Below, one piece after another: positions 14,591 through 23,263 of a DNA stretch of 32,000 nucleotides. The notes under the pieces were generated by a model, which saw only the letters and a program-made list of their open reading frames with translations, was not told the DNA's origin and made no database searches. This DNA is from Candidatus Saccharimonadota bacterium (GTDB taxonomy: Bacteria > Patescibacteriota > Microgenomatia > UBA1406 > GWC2-37-13): positions 240,001 through 272,000 of the forward strand of contig CP064967.1 in the NCBI GenBank assembly GCA_016699265.1, read 5' to 3'. The translations under genes and the position numbers were made by a program. Positions within the stretch are counted from its first letter, which is position 1, and every line of letters begins with the position of its first letter.

Positions 14591-15182
14591 TAATTTTTCT
14601 TACTTCTGAAGGCAGCGATTTTAATTGTTTAAAGAACAAATCATCTTCTTCATCCCATCCATTTGTTCTGGATATTACTCTCAAAGTCGCTGTGTTACTT
14701 CTGGTAACTGAGTTTTTACCATTCCAAAATACCGGTTTATCGATTCTTATCGAAAGCTTACCAACGGCTATATCTAAAGGTACCTCAAAAACGATCTCCG
14801 TATCAGTCCACAAGCTTACGTTCAGTGGTTTGCCATTTGCTTGCAACGTGCTTTTTTTATCAGTATTCCAGCCAAATCGTCTCCCATGTAGGACTACTTT
14901 GGTTGAATTATATACTATCGATGGTTGTTGGGAATATATTACAGGGTCGTAACTTTGCCTCAGAAGATAGTTCTGCAGAAAGCCAATTCCAATGTATAGT
15001 CCAACAACAATCATTCCATATGCTAGAGCTACAGCGAAATTGCGCGTGACGTCTCGTAAGTTGAGAGGTCTAAGTTCAAAACTCCAGCTAATAAACTTAT
15101 ATAAGTATGCAAGGTACTGTCTAAGAAGCTTTGCTATGTGTCGGATGTACGGCAGATGGTTTGATACTAGATGTGATTTCAT
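14577..15182 (-). CDS. single-pass membrane protein with an extracytoplasmic IPT/TIG-like beta-sandwich domain
   Basis: I start it at ATG 15182 (MKSHLVSNH...), because the track's extra 22 codons overlap the upstream gene. It has one TM (FAVALAYGMIVVGLYIGIGFL), then VVLHGRRFGW...LQANGKPLNVSLWTDTEIVFEVPLDIAVGKLSIRI, which follows the IPT/TIG pattern (G..FG ... V.SW.DT.I...VP...G). Confidence 0.5.
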   Translation of the reverse strand: MKSHLVSNHLPYIRHIAKLLRQYLAYLYKFISWSFELRPLNLRDVTRNFAVALAYGMIVVGLYIGIGFLQNYLLRQSYDPVIYSQQPSIVYNSTKVVLHGRRFGWNTDKKSTLQANGKPLNVSLWTDTEIVFEVPLDIAVGKLSIRIDKPVFWNGKNSVTRSNTATLRVISRTNGWDEEDDLFFKQLKSLPSEVRKINGYE

Positions 15183-15229
15183 AGTTGTTTTTCTATCGTC
15201 ATGGTGGACCAATTGGAATACTCCAAAAC

Positions 15230-16885
15230 CTACAAATATGAAGACCAAGCCGATGCCTTCTCGGCGATGTTGATCATTCCAAACGAGGAAGTTAGCGCGC
15301 CTATAACCAGAAGAATACTACCTAAAGCAAACTGGAAGCGACCATTTACTCCACTTCCAAAGAGGAATAAAATCCAAACTACAATCAGAGAGTAGGTTAC
15401 GGCTTCAAAGTTATATGCTAACAAAAAAGTATCGGTAATGAATCCAATTACGAAAATTATAAATAGAGGGATGATGTGTCTTGTCGCTAACACATTTAAC
15501 GCTCGGTAGATCCTTTTTTGATAAACCATGAACCCGAGTAAGGTTGCAATAAAAATATTGAGAATGAAGACTGCATAAGACCACCATTTCACATCTGTGG
15601 CCGACAGTATGCCTTGTGAACTCGCTACCCCAGTATTGGACTTAACTAAAATCAACTCTGTTTTGGTAATTGGAGTGAGAGTTGCAAAGTCGTTGGAGTA
15701 GTCTTCTGGGGAGTCTTTAGGGTAGTCATAGGCCAGCCTCAATTTGACCGACTCGATATTTTCATTACCGTGGGAAAGTATTTTCGTAAATTGCTGAGGC
15801 GTATGGAATGAAATAATAGGCCCGCTGAACTGTATATCCTTCTTGGGTTCTCGACGGTTCAAATAGTCATTTATATAGGTACTGTTTTTGACTAAGGTGA
15901 GACGTCTGACCGTGGAAGAATAGTTAACATAATCAAGCAAATATTGGTAACCCTGTATTTGTTGAGGTATATCATAGTTGTGCTCATATATACGTACGTG
16001 ATTCGCTTCTTTTAATTTGAAATTTGAAACAGCTATCTTATTTGACTGAGGGTAATTTAAACTTATGACGGACTCTCCGGCTGCAAGTAACACGTCACTG
16101 AATTTTAGATATTTTGTAGGATCCCCTGAGTATATTGGCAGATATTTTTTATTGCCAGTAGATAATGTCAAGCCTATAGGTGAAAAAAGTTGTAAAGGAT
16201 CAACATAAATATCTCCCAAAGTGCTGGAGTCTGCGCTTACCGATTTCTGTACGGAGTAGAACTGGCGAATTCCTAGTCCATCTCTCTCCAAAGTTTTGGT
16301 TTTTTTAAGAAGCTCCTCGAAGATCAAGGTAGAGGTTGTTAGTAGGTAGCGTTTATCAGAGTCTGGCAAGTGCATCTTATCGATATGTCCATTAATAATT
16401 GACATATCATCCAAAATGTCACGTTGCACAGATAGACCCCTCTTAATGGATGACTCTACTTCATCTTGGTTTCCAGATTTAAGATATGACTGAATATGAT
16501 TTGCGTATCGTGCTATCTCAACCTCCCAGAAGTTAAAGGTAGTCTGCGAATCCTGCAGATACCATCTTTTTTCTTTTTGGTCCCACCATGAAACAAGCAT
16601 GAGTGGATCTTTTCTAAATTGATCCGAAGGTAGACTGTAGGCTATTTCAAACGTGTTCCCCCACTCCAGAATTTCTGCAACCCTTTTTTTTGCTAGAAAC
16701 AGCTCATTTGCATCATCGTTATAGACCTTAAACTTTTCAAGTGCGTAGATAGCTCGATATTGTGGGTCCTTTGGCATGACCCTTACAAAAGGGTAGCTAA
16801 TGCGACTCTTGTCGGCCTCAATTGGTTGTAGAGTGACTCTATCACCCCCAGTGGGTACTTTTGGACCAGATAATTTAGTCAGCAC
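15230..16885 (-). CDS. hypothetical envelope protein: soluble (probably extracytoplasmic) domain of about 440 aa followed by 4-5 C-terminal TM helices
   Basis: 551-aa ORF starting at GTG 16885, with no family motif I recognise. The C-terminus from WWSYAVFILNIFIATLLGF onward is multi-pass hydrophobic. A likely N-terminal signal anchor (KFALIANLLLVLF...) lies just upstream in another frame across an A7 run at 16895-16901. Confidence 0.55.
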   Translation of the reverse strand: MLTKLSGPKVPTGGDRVTLQPIEADKSRISYPFVRVMPKDPQYRAIYALEKFKVYNDDANELFLAKKRVAEILEWGNTFEIAYSLPSDQFRKDPLMLVSWWDQKEKRWYLQDSQTTFNFWEVEIARYANHIQSYLKSGNQDEVESSIKRGLSVQRDILDDMSIINGHIDKMHLPDSDKRYLLTTSTLIFEELLKKTKTLERDGLGIRQFYSVQKSVSADSSTLGDIYVDPLQLFSPIGLTLSTGNKKYLPIYSGDPTKYLKFSDVLLAAGESVISLNYPQSNKIAVSNFKLKEANHVRIYEHNYDIPQQIQGYQYLLDYVNYSSTVRRLTLVKNSTYINDYLNRREPKKDIQFSGPIISFHTPQQFTKILSHGNENIESVKLRLAYDYPKDSPEDYSNDFATLTPITKTELILVKSNTGVASSQGILSATDVKWWSYAVFILNIFIATLLGFMVYQKRIYRALNVLATRHIIPLFIIFVIGFITDTFLLAYNFEAVTYSLIVVWILFLFGSGVNGRFQFALGSILLVIGALTSSFGMINIAEKASAWSSYL

Positions 16886-17291
16886 AAAGGAGACAAAAAA
16901 AGGACTAGAAGCAAATTAGCAATTAGCGCAAACTTCCGAAATAAATTTCGTTGAAAATACTACTCATCGTTTTTATTTTTACTATAACTACCAATAAAAT
17001 AATGCCTGTCAGAATGCTTAGTGTAAGCATTTGGACATACAGTCTCTGGGGCATGAATTCTGCTACAAACTCCATGCTTACGGTACCGTCAGAATTATTT
17101 TTGCAGTAGGCTCTCTGCCTGCAAATGTCCCTTGGTCTGATGAGCCAACCATTTGCGTACCCATTTACAAAAAATGATTCTTTTCAGGAAGTACCTTGTC
17201 TTGCAATGATGTTTCAGTTTCAGGAAGATTATTGTTCTGAGTAGTGCCATAATGCGAATCTGATATGAACTTTGTATTTTGGTTCACAGAC

Positions 17292-19343
17292 TCAATTGAA
17301 GGGACTTTGGGTGTGAGGCGCCAGCCTTTTGTAAAATGCCGTACTTACAACAAGCATAAAAGATTCTTTGTCAGTATCGGCCTTAATAATATATTTTGAT
17401 GGACTAAGTTTTCTGTACTGTATGTTGGAATATTTTTTGGAGACCTTAATTTTAGAGAGTTCAGAAAGTTCATTCTCATTTTGCTGTTGTACTACAACCG
17501 CTATGGTCTCATTTTCTGCGGCATAGCTCATAAGCTTCGCAACGTCTTGTTGAGCGTCTGATCCTGTAATAATATTTTGTGGAAAATAAATTTTAGGGTA
17601 AAAATACTTGTCTGGAATTTTGTAGAGGCTGTTTGATTCATATTTTTTTGCTATCAAGTCCTTCTCCTCAGGAAGTGTGGACTCTACCCAATCCTTCGTG
17701 AAGTTATTTTCAGCGTTGTTTAACGGTGCCTCGGCGGGTGTGAACATTACGTATCGAATATTAGCCAGACCATAGAAGATAGGAGATGGAGTTGAGTGAA
17801 ATTGGTTAAAAAAATCAGAAGAAAACAATGAGACACCATTTGTATAAAGCATTCCTTTTCCAAAAAAAATATTTTCGGTGTTGCTGCCCTGAGATGTTTT
17901 CGGAAACGAATTGTTTGTGAAGTATGGACTAAACCACGAAGGTATAGGAAGGATGTTGAAGTCTAGCTGTTCTCTTTTGACTATATCGTAGTTACCCGAG
18001 TCATATTTGTAAGTAGAACCCACGTCCTGATTCAGATAGCCATCAGGAATTATTTCGTTGACAACCTGAGTAACGATTGGAGGATGTATAAGTAAGAATC
18101 CGATATAGTAAACCGAAACAAAGAACATTCCATACTTCTGGATCCTACTAGGCTTTCCTGAAACGCTCCTTATGCATAGGAAAAAAAATACAATATATCC
18201 AATTGCGGTTGGCACATATCGTTGGGCTCCTTTTATAAATCCAAGTATAGGAATTTGATACAGTGCAAACTGTATTTTCATAAGACTGTAGTAGCCATTT
18301 ACCAACAGGGAAATGACAAGAAATCCAGTTCCTAAAATTGCCATTCGATTCTTATGTTCCGAACTCAGTCTTGTTTTCAGGAGCATGTAGAAGCTCATTA
18401 AAAATAAAGTTAGGTAAGGAAGATAGACAAAGAAATAATTTTTAAAGACCCTTCTCACAAGATCGTGTGGAGCATTGAATGGAAAGAAAAGCTCTAAGTA
18501 CTTCGAGGAAAAGTACATGAGGGGTGAGAGATCTGCTTTGCGCTCGCTTAGAATGGATGAAAAGCTTATGGTGTCGCCTAAAAAGAATGCATGCAGCCAG
18601 TACGCATTCTGCAGTAAGCTAAGCAGTCCAAAGGTAAGTAAATGAATGGATTTAGTTTTTGTAGATTGTTTTTTAAGAGTAATGCCTATGATGCCAAGAA
18701 TTGCAAAAAAGAAAATACTAGCAAGATCGAAAAAGAACATGCAGGACGACATTTTAAGAAGTGCGGATAAACTAGGTCTCACTCTCTGCTCGGTTATGTA
18801 GCTGTAATAAAAATAAAAAAACCACGGAGTGACAAAACTACTAATCAGTCGATTGAGGGCGCCTCCATGCATATCAAACAACAAAGTCAAGGAAAATGTA
18901 TATAGAAGGTTGGCAAAGAATACCGTAACCAAGAATGTTAATCTATCCTCTTTCGTGTTATTTTTAAGTATTTTTTCTGCCAACTTCCAGACTCCAATCG
19001 ATGATAAGGTTGGAATTACCACAAATACCATGACCTTGTTTAGTATCGGTATTGTTACTTGTGGGAGCTGAAGTAGCTGGCTTAACTGAAAAACGGAATA
19101 GATAGCTCCTTTGATTAGGAACTCAGAGAATGGTGTGCTTACCACATCAAAGTAGCCTAAAGAGTTGGGTTTTAGTGAAGAAAAAAAGGACAGGAGGTAG
19201 TTTTTATAAAAATCTGGATGGGGGTAAAAGGTCCAGTCCCAGTGTCTTCCATAATTAAGTCCGTTGAAAAGAATGTCCCTGTTGATAAATAAGGCTAGAA
19301 GAACAAAAAAAATGATATATACTTTAAATCCGATTGATTTCAT
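17292..19343 (-). CDS. large polytopic membrane protein, GT-C-like (YfhO/AftD-style) putative glycan transferase or polymerase; the C-terminus continues out of frame to 16923
   Basis: 683 aa with about 14 TM helices in the first 430 aa, then a soluble domain. After a break at the A4/T4 run at 17327-17330 the reading continues as KGWRLTPKVPSIESVNQ...EKNHF. After the A6 run at 17169-17174 it continues as VNGYANGWLIRP...EFMPQRLYVQMLTLSILTGIILLVVIVKIK... to TAA 16923-16925. The span 16923-19343 is exactly 3n nt, consistent with one +1 and one -1 indel. Confidence 0.6.
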   Translation of the reverse strand: MKSIGFKVYIIFFVLLALFINRDILFNGLNYGRHWDWTFYPHPDFYKNYLLSFFSSLKPNSLGYFDVVSTPFSEFLIKGAIYSVFQLSQLLQLPQVTIPILNKVMVFVVIPTLSSIGVWKLAEKILKNNTKEDRLTFLVTVFFANLLYTFSLTLLFDMHGGALNRLISSFVTPWFFYFYYSYITEQRVRPSLSALLKMSSCMFFFDLASIFFFAILGIIGITLKKQSTKTKSIHLLTFGLLSLLQNAYWLHAFFLGDTISFSSILSERKADLSPLMYFSSKYLELFFPFNAPHDLVRRVFKNYFFVYLPYLTLFLMSFYMLLKTRLSSEHKNRMAILGTGFLVISLLVNGYYSLMKIQFALYQIPILGFIKGAQRYVPTAIGYIVFFFLCIRSVSGKPSRIQKYGMFFVSVYYIGFLLIHPPIVTQVVNEIIPDGYLNQDVGSTYKYDSGNYDIVKREQLDFNILPIPSWFSPYFTNNSFPKTSQGSNTENIFFGKGMLYTNGVSLFSSDFFNQFHSTPSPIFYGLANIRYVMFTPAEAPLNNAENNFTKDWVESTLPEEKDLIAKKYESNSLYKIPDKYFYPKIYFPQNIITGSDAQQDVAKLMSYAAENETIAVVVQQQNENELSELSKIKVSKKYSNIQYRKLSPSKYIIKADTDKESFMLVVSTAFYKRLAPHTQSPFN

Positions 19344-20879
19344 ATGAAATACTATTTAGTTATAAATCTTGGACTTCGTAGCATCAGGGTAATCTTATTT
19401 GACAAAGCTGCACACATTATAGAGCGAAACTGGTATCCAGTACAAACCGTAATTAACGGCGGCACGGTTGAGCAGAATCCAGAGGAGTGGTGGGTCTTGT
19501 GCAAAAGGCTATTAAAGGAGCTGTCTGAAAAAAATCCTTCATACTTAGAAAATTTACAATCTGTATCAGTTGCGTCATCTGCTTCATGTCTTGTGGTTCT
19601 TGATAAGAACGGAAATCCATTGATTAACTCATTAATAGTCTCTGACAAGAGAGCAACTAAAGAATCTTCTATCTTGAAAAAAAGCGTATTACTAAAAAAA
19701 ATATTCTCAAATTCAAATAATTTGGCAGTTCCTGCATTTATGTTTCCTAAAATGCTGTGGATTAAAAATAATCACCCAAAAATTTTTGAGAAGGCCAAAT
19801 ACTTTCTAAGTTCTAATGATTACTTAGTCTATAAGTTAACCGACAAATTTGTGACAGATTCATTAAATGCCGAGAAGTTTTATTTTGATCAAAAAAAGCA
19901 AATTTATCCACCCGAGATTCTGCGTTACCTAAAGATCTCAAAAGACGCACTCCCTTCGGTCGTGCGCATTGGTACGGCAATAGGAAATGTAAGTGATTCG
20001 GTCCAAAGAGAATTTGGTTTCGTAAATAAAACGAAAGTTGTCCTCACCTCATATGATGCGATTTGCGCTTTTGTTGGATCGGGGGCTGTGGCAGAGGGAG
20101 ACACAAATAATGTGTGTGGAACTGTGAGCTCTGTAAGAACATTTACACGAAAAGTGGTTAGAGGACGATTTGGTCTTTTATCGCAGCAGTGCAACGATTT
20201 TAGGATGGTTGGAGGGTCAAATAATATAGACGGAGGTTTACTAGAGTGGTCAAAAGGAATGTTTTACGGGGATACGTATCCAGACAAGTATGTATATACC
20301 ATAATGGCCGAAGAGGCCGGCGAGTCTCTACTTGGGGCAAATGGCTTACTGTTTCTTCCATATATTGTTGGTGAGCGAGTACCGTTCTCCGATAATTCCA
20401 CTCGTGGTATATTTTTTGGGCTTGAGAGATTTCATACACGCAAGGATGTTATGAGGAGCGTATTTGAGGCATCTGGATTTATGGTCAACGACATAATAAA
20501 GCACATCGAAAACATTGGTGTACCGGTTAAGAATATCAGAATGTCGGGGGGGCTAACGGTAAGTCGTATAGCATGCAAGATTAGGGCTGATATTACTGGT
20601 AAAACTGTCTATGTATGCGATGACCCTGAAACTACCTCGATGGGAGCCCTTTTTATCTTATTAGTCGAGGACGGAGTATATAAAAATCTTAAGCAGACTG
20701 CTAAACTGGTTAAGTTCAGTCAGGTATATAAGCCGGATATGAAAAGTCATCGCAAATATAAGGAACTCTACATGTTTTTTAAGAAGACTTACGAAGTGAA
20801 TAAAAAATTGATGGAAGAGCGTAAACTGCTAATGGACAAAAACCAATTGATTAGCCGGCGAGTTTTAGAAAATTTATAA
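19344..20879 (+). CDS. FGGY-family carbohydrate kinase (xylulokinase / glycerol-kinase-like)
   Basis: 511 aa. YYLVINLGLRSIRVILFD matches the phosphate-1 motif position, with EQNPEEWW, SVASSASCLVVLDKNGNPL, DKRA and the C-terminal MSGGLTVSRIACKIRADITGKTVYV block typical of FGGY kinases. Confidence 0.85.
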   Translation: MKYYLVINLGLRSIRVILFDKAAHIIERNWYPVQTVINGGTVEQNPEEWWVLCKRLLKELSEKNPSYLENLQSVSVASSASCLVVLDKNGNPLINSLIVSDKRATKESSILKKSVLLKKIFSNSNNLAVPAFMFPKMLWIKNNHPKIFEKAKYFLSSNDYLVYKLTDKFVTDSLNAEKFYFDQKKQIYPPEILRYLKISKDALPSVVRIGTAIGNVSDSVQREFGFVNKTKVVLTSYDAICAFVGSGAVAEGDTNNVCGTVSSVRTFTRKVVRGRFGLLSQQCNDFRMVGGSNNIDGGLLEWSKGMFYGDTYPDKYVYTIMAEEAGESLLGANGLLFLPYIVGERVPFSDNSTRGIFFGLERFHTRKDVMRSVFEASGFMVNDIIKHIENIGVPVKNIRMSGGLTVSRIACKIRADITGKTVYVCDDPETTSMGALFILLVEDGVYKNLKQTAKLVKFSQVYKPDMKSHRKYKELYMFFKKTYEVNKKLMEERKLLMDKNQLISRRVLENL

Positions 20880-20881
20880 CT

Positions 20882-21604
20882 ATGAAAATAATTATTCCAA
20901 TGTTAGGGCGCGGGTCTAAGTTTATTCAGGAAGGAATTACTGCGCCAAAACCACTTATAAAAATAAGAAACCGCTACATGATTGAGTGGGCATTGGATCC
21001 CTTGAGATTTCTCGATCTTGAGAGAGATGCTATTTTCATAATCTCTAAACAACATTCAACCGATTCAAATCTCAGGGATGTAATAAAAAGGCATCATAGG
21101 AAAAGATGCACATATTAAGGCGGTAGAGGAGATACCTCAGGGCGCGGCCAAGACAGTACTATTGCTTCGTAAAGAGATTGACTCATCTGAAGAACTGATA
21201 ATTTATAACTCCGACCAACTTTTCAGGTTAAATCTTGAGCATCTTCTAAAAAATGGCATGGTAAAGCGGATGGTATTATCCCCTATTTTCAAGCTACACA
21301 TCCCAAATGGAGCTATGTTGAGACGAACGAAAAAGACGTCGTAATAAGAACGGCTGAGAAGGAGGTAATTACGAATAAGGCAACAGTCGGGCTTTACTAC
21401 TTCCGGCATGGGAAAGACTTTGTATGGGGAGCAGACCAAATGATCAAAAAGAACCTAATGGTAAATGGCGAGTTTTATGTCTGTCCGGTTTATAATGAAC
21501 TCATATCCAAAGGAAGGGTTATAAAGCATTTCAGGTCGATGAGATGTGGAGTTTTGGAACTCCTGAGGATGTTGAAAAGTTCGAGAGATACTATAAAGGA
21601 GACT
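20882..21604 (+). pseudogene. sugar-phosphate nucleotidyltransferase, upstream tandem paralog of 21605-22378, with three frame changes
   Basis: MKIIIPMLGRGSKF...APKPLIKIRNRYMIEWALD parallels MKVIVPMAGRGSRF...VPKPLIDVKGRPMVVWALD of the next gene. The continuation is found in other frames: GIIGKDAHIKAVEEIPQGAAKTVLLLRKEIDSSEELIIYNSDQLF after the A5 run at 21085-21089, then WHGKADGIIPYFQATHPKWSYVETNEKDVVIRTAEKEVITNKATVGLYYF after the A6 run at 21248-21253, then QVDEMWSFGTPEDVEKFERYYKG from about 21532. The 3' end is unresolved. Confidence 0.65.
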
Positions 21605-22378
21605 TTGAAAGTAATTGTTCCAATGGCCGGACGAGGTTCTCGATTTGCGGCGGAGGCAGATACGAATCCTGCATATCAAGTGCCAAAACCTCTAATTGAT
21701 GTTAAAGGTCGTCCAATGGTAGTGTGGGCATTAGATTCATTGAAGAAACTAGAGTTTAAGCCAGAGGACTTAATATTTGTCTGCCAGCAGGAGCATGATG
21801 ACAAGTATAGTGTCGCAGCTTCATTAAAAAACATATTTGGTGAACATATTACAGTTGTTTTGATACCTGCGGTAACAAGAGGTGCTGTTGAGACGGTACT
21901 AATGGTGAAAAAATATGTCGATCCAGAGGAGGAAATTATAATATCGGATAGCGATCATTTTTTTGATGGAACGAATTTGGTCAATGAAATTACGAATAGT
22001 AGAAATAAAGTTGATGGAATAATTCCTGTCTTTAAGGTTGTAGACAAAGATCCGAAGTGGAGCTATACGCTAACCGACGTGGATAATTTTGCCCTGGCCG
22101 TGGGCGAAAAGGATGAAGCACTTGCCGCAAAAGGAGCGTATGCAAATATTGGTGCTTATTATTTCGCAAAGAGTAAGGTGTTTTTCTCTGTCGCAGAAGA
22201 AGCTGTCAGAATCAATGAGATGTACGGTGCTGAAGGTAAAATGGAGTTTTATGTGGCTCCTATGTACCAACGCATGCTGGATAAAGGATTGAAGGTAAAG
22301 GTAGCTATAATTTCTGAGGTTTGGGGTTTGGGAACACCTAAGGATTTAGAAAATTTTCTATCCAATTACAATAAATGA
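21605..22378 (+). CDS. sugar-phosphate nucleotidyltransferase (GT-A / NTP_transferase fold)
   Basis: Motifs VPMAGRGSRF, PKPLIDVKGRPM, TRGAVETV, IISDSDHFF, DPKWSYT, GAYANIGAYYF and WGLGTPKDLENF. I start it at TTG 21605 (MKVIVPMAGRG), by analogy with the paralog's MKIIIPMLGRG. The track's ATG 21440 reads through the out-of-frame tail of the broken paralog. Confidence 0.7.
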   Translation: MKVIVPMAGRGSRFAAEADTNPAYQVPKPLIDVKGRPMVVWALDSLKKLEFKPEDLIFVCQQEHDDKYSVAASLKNIFGEHITVVLIPAVTRGAVETVLMVKKYVDPEEEIIISDSDHFFDGTNLVNEITNSRNKVDGIIPVFKVVDKDPKWSYTLTDVDNFALAVGEKDEALAAKGAYANIGAYYFAKSKVFFSVAEEAVRINEMYGAEGKMEFYVAPMYQRMLDKGLKVKVAIISEVWGLGTPKDLENFLSNYNK

Positions 22379-22947
22379 AGTCTAGAATAATATATATCAT
22401 TCGGCACCCACAAACAGTCTATAACTTACGAGGAATATTCCAAGGATTGTCTGACTCACCTATAACTGAAGAAGGCTTTGCTCAACTCAGCACACTTCAT
22501 AAGAAATTTGATTCGCTGAAACTGGAAAAAATATACTCGAGTCCCCTTAAACGGTGTGTAACCGTAGCCGAAAGTTTTATGCACTCACATAACGTGCAGG
22601 TCAAGTATGATGATAGGCTCAAAGAAATTTGCTATGGAAGCTGGGATGAGAAAAGTAAACAAGATGTTGGGTACGCACAGATCAAACGAGAGAAGGATAA
22701 GAACAGATTTAGCTACATACATCCTGGACAGTACAACGGCACTGATGGAGAGAGCTATAAGCAGCTTTACGAGAGGCTTTGTCCTTTCTGGGAGGAGTTA
22801 GGAGAGAGAAATGAAAACACGGTTCTTGTCATAGGTCATACGGGAGTTATGATTGCGGCAAGAAAGCACTTTGAAAACATAAGCGAAAAAGAGATTAGCG
22901 AGTATCGGCCAAGTAATATGGAGGTTCTTAAATATGAAGTTGTATAA
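22375..22947 (+). CDS. histidine phosphatase superfamily protein (phosphoglycerate-mutase-like branch)
   Basis: 190 aa. The N-terminal IYIIRHPQT is an RHG-motif variant. SSPLKRC, the E..YG.W.. region and the distal LVIGHTGVM histidine are also present. It overlaps the upstream stop by 4 nt. Confidence 0.8.
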   Translation: MKSRIIYIIRHPQTVYNLRGIFQGLSDSPITEEGFAQLSTLHKKFDSLKLEKIYSSPLKRCVTVAESFMHSHNVQVKYDDRLKEICYGSWDEKSKQDVGYAQIKREKDKNRFSYIHPGQYNGTDGESYKQLYERLCPFWEELGERNENTVLVIGHTGVMIAARKHFENISEKEISEYRPSNMEVLKYEVV

Positions 22948-23263
22948 ACTAAATCGCTTTATCGGAGGTTGGGTCGTTGGAAACTTTGATCCGTCAATTA
23001 TAAAAACTTCTGCGTTCGAGTTTGGTGTTAAGCATTACATAGCTGGACAGCGAGATGTCGCTCATCTTCACAAGCAGGCTCAAGAGATAACCATCATCGT
23101 CTCTGGTGTCTTTAGATTTAATGGTAGGAAAGTAAAAAAAGATGATGTAATATTGCTGAATAAAGGCGACATCTCAAGTTTTGAGTGCATGGAGACTGGT
23201 TCAATAGCCTGCATTAAGACACCGTCTGTCATTGGAGATAAGCATGTGATAGAGAAACGTTGA
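22934..23263 (+). CDS. small single-domain cupin protein
   Basis: 109 aa. GGWVVGNFDPS...HYIAGQRDVAHLHKQAQEITIIVSG...GDISSFEC has the two-His/beta-barrel spacing of cupins. It overlaps the upstream gene by 14 nt. The substrate is unknown. Confidence 0.55.
   Translation: MKLYKLNRFIGGWVVGNFDPSIIKTSAFEFGVKHYIAGQRDVAHLHKQAQEITIIVSGVFRFNGRKVKKDDVILLNKGDISSFECMETGSIACIKTPSVIGDKHVIEKR

Noticed and set aside
21440-21604. The track's ATG 21440 as the start of the second nucleotidyltransferase, giving a 312-aa protein.
   Set aside because: The first 55 or so residues belong to the C-terminal half of the broken upstream paralog, followed by out-of-frame sequence (RSMRCGVLELLRMLKSSRDTIKE). The conserved N-terminal MK.I.PM.GRGS.F motif begins at TTG 21605.
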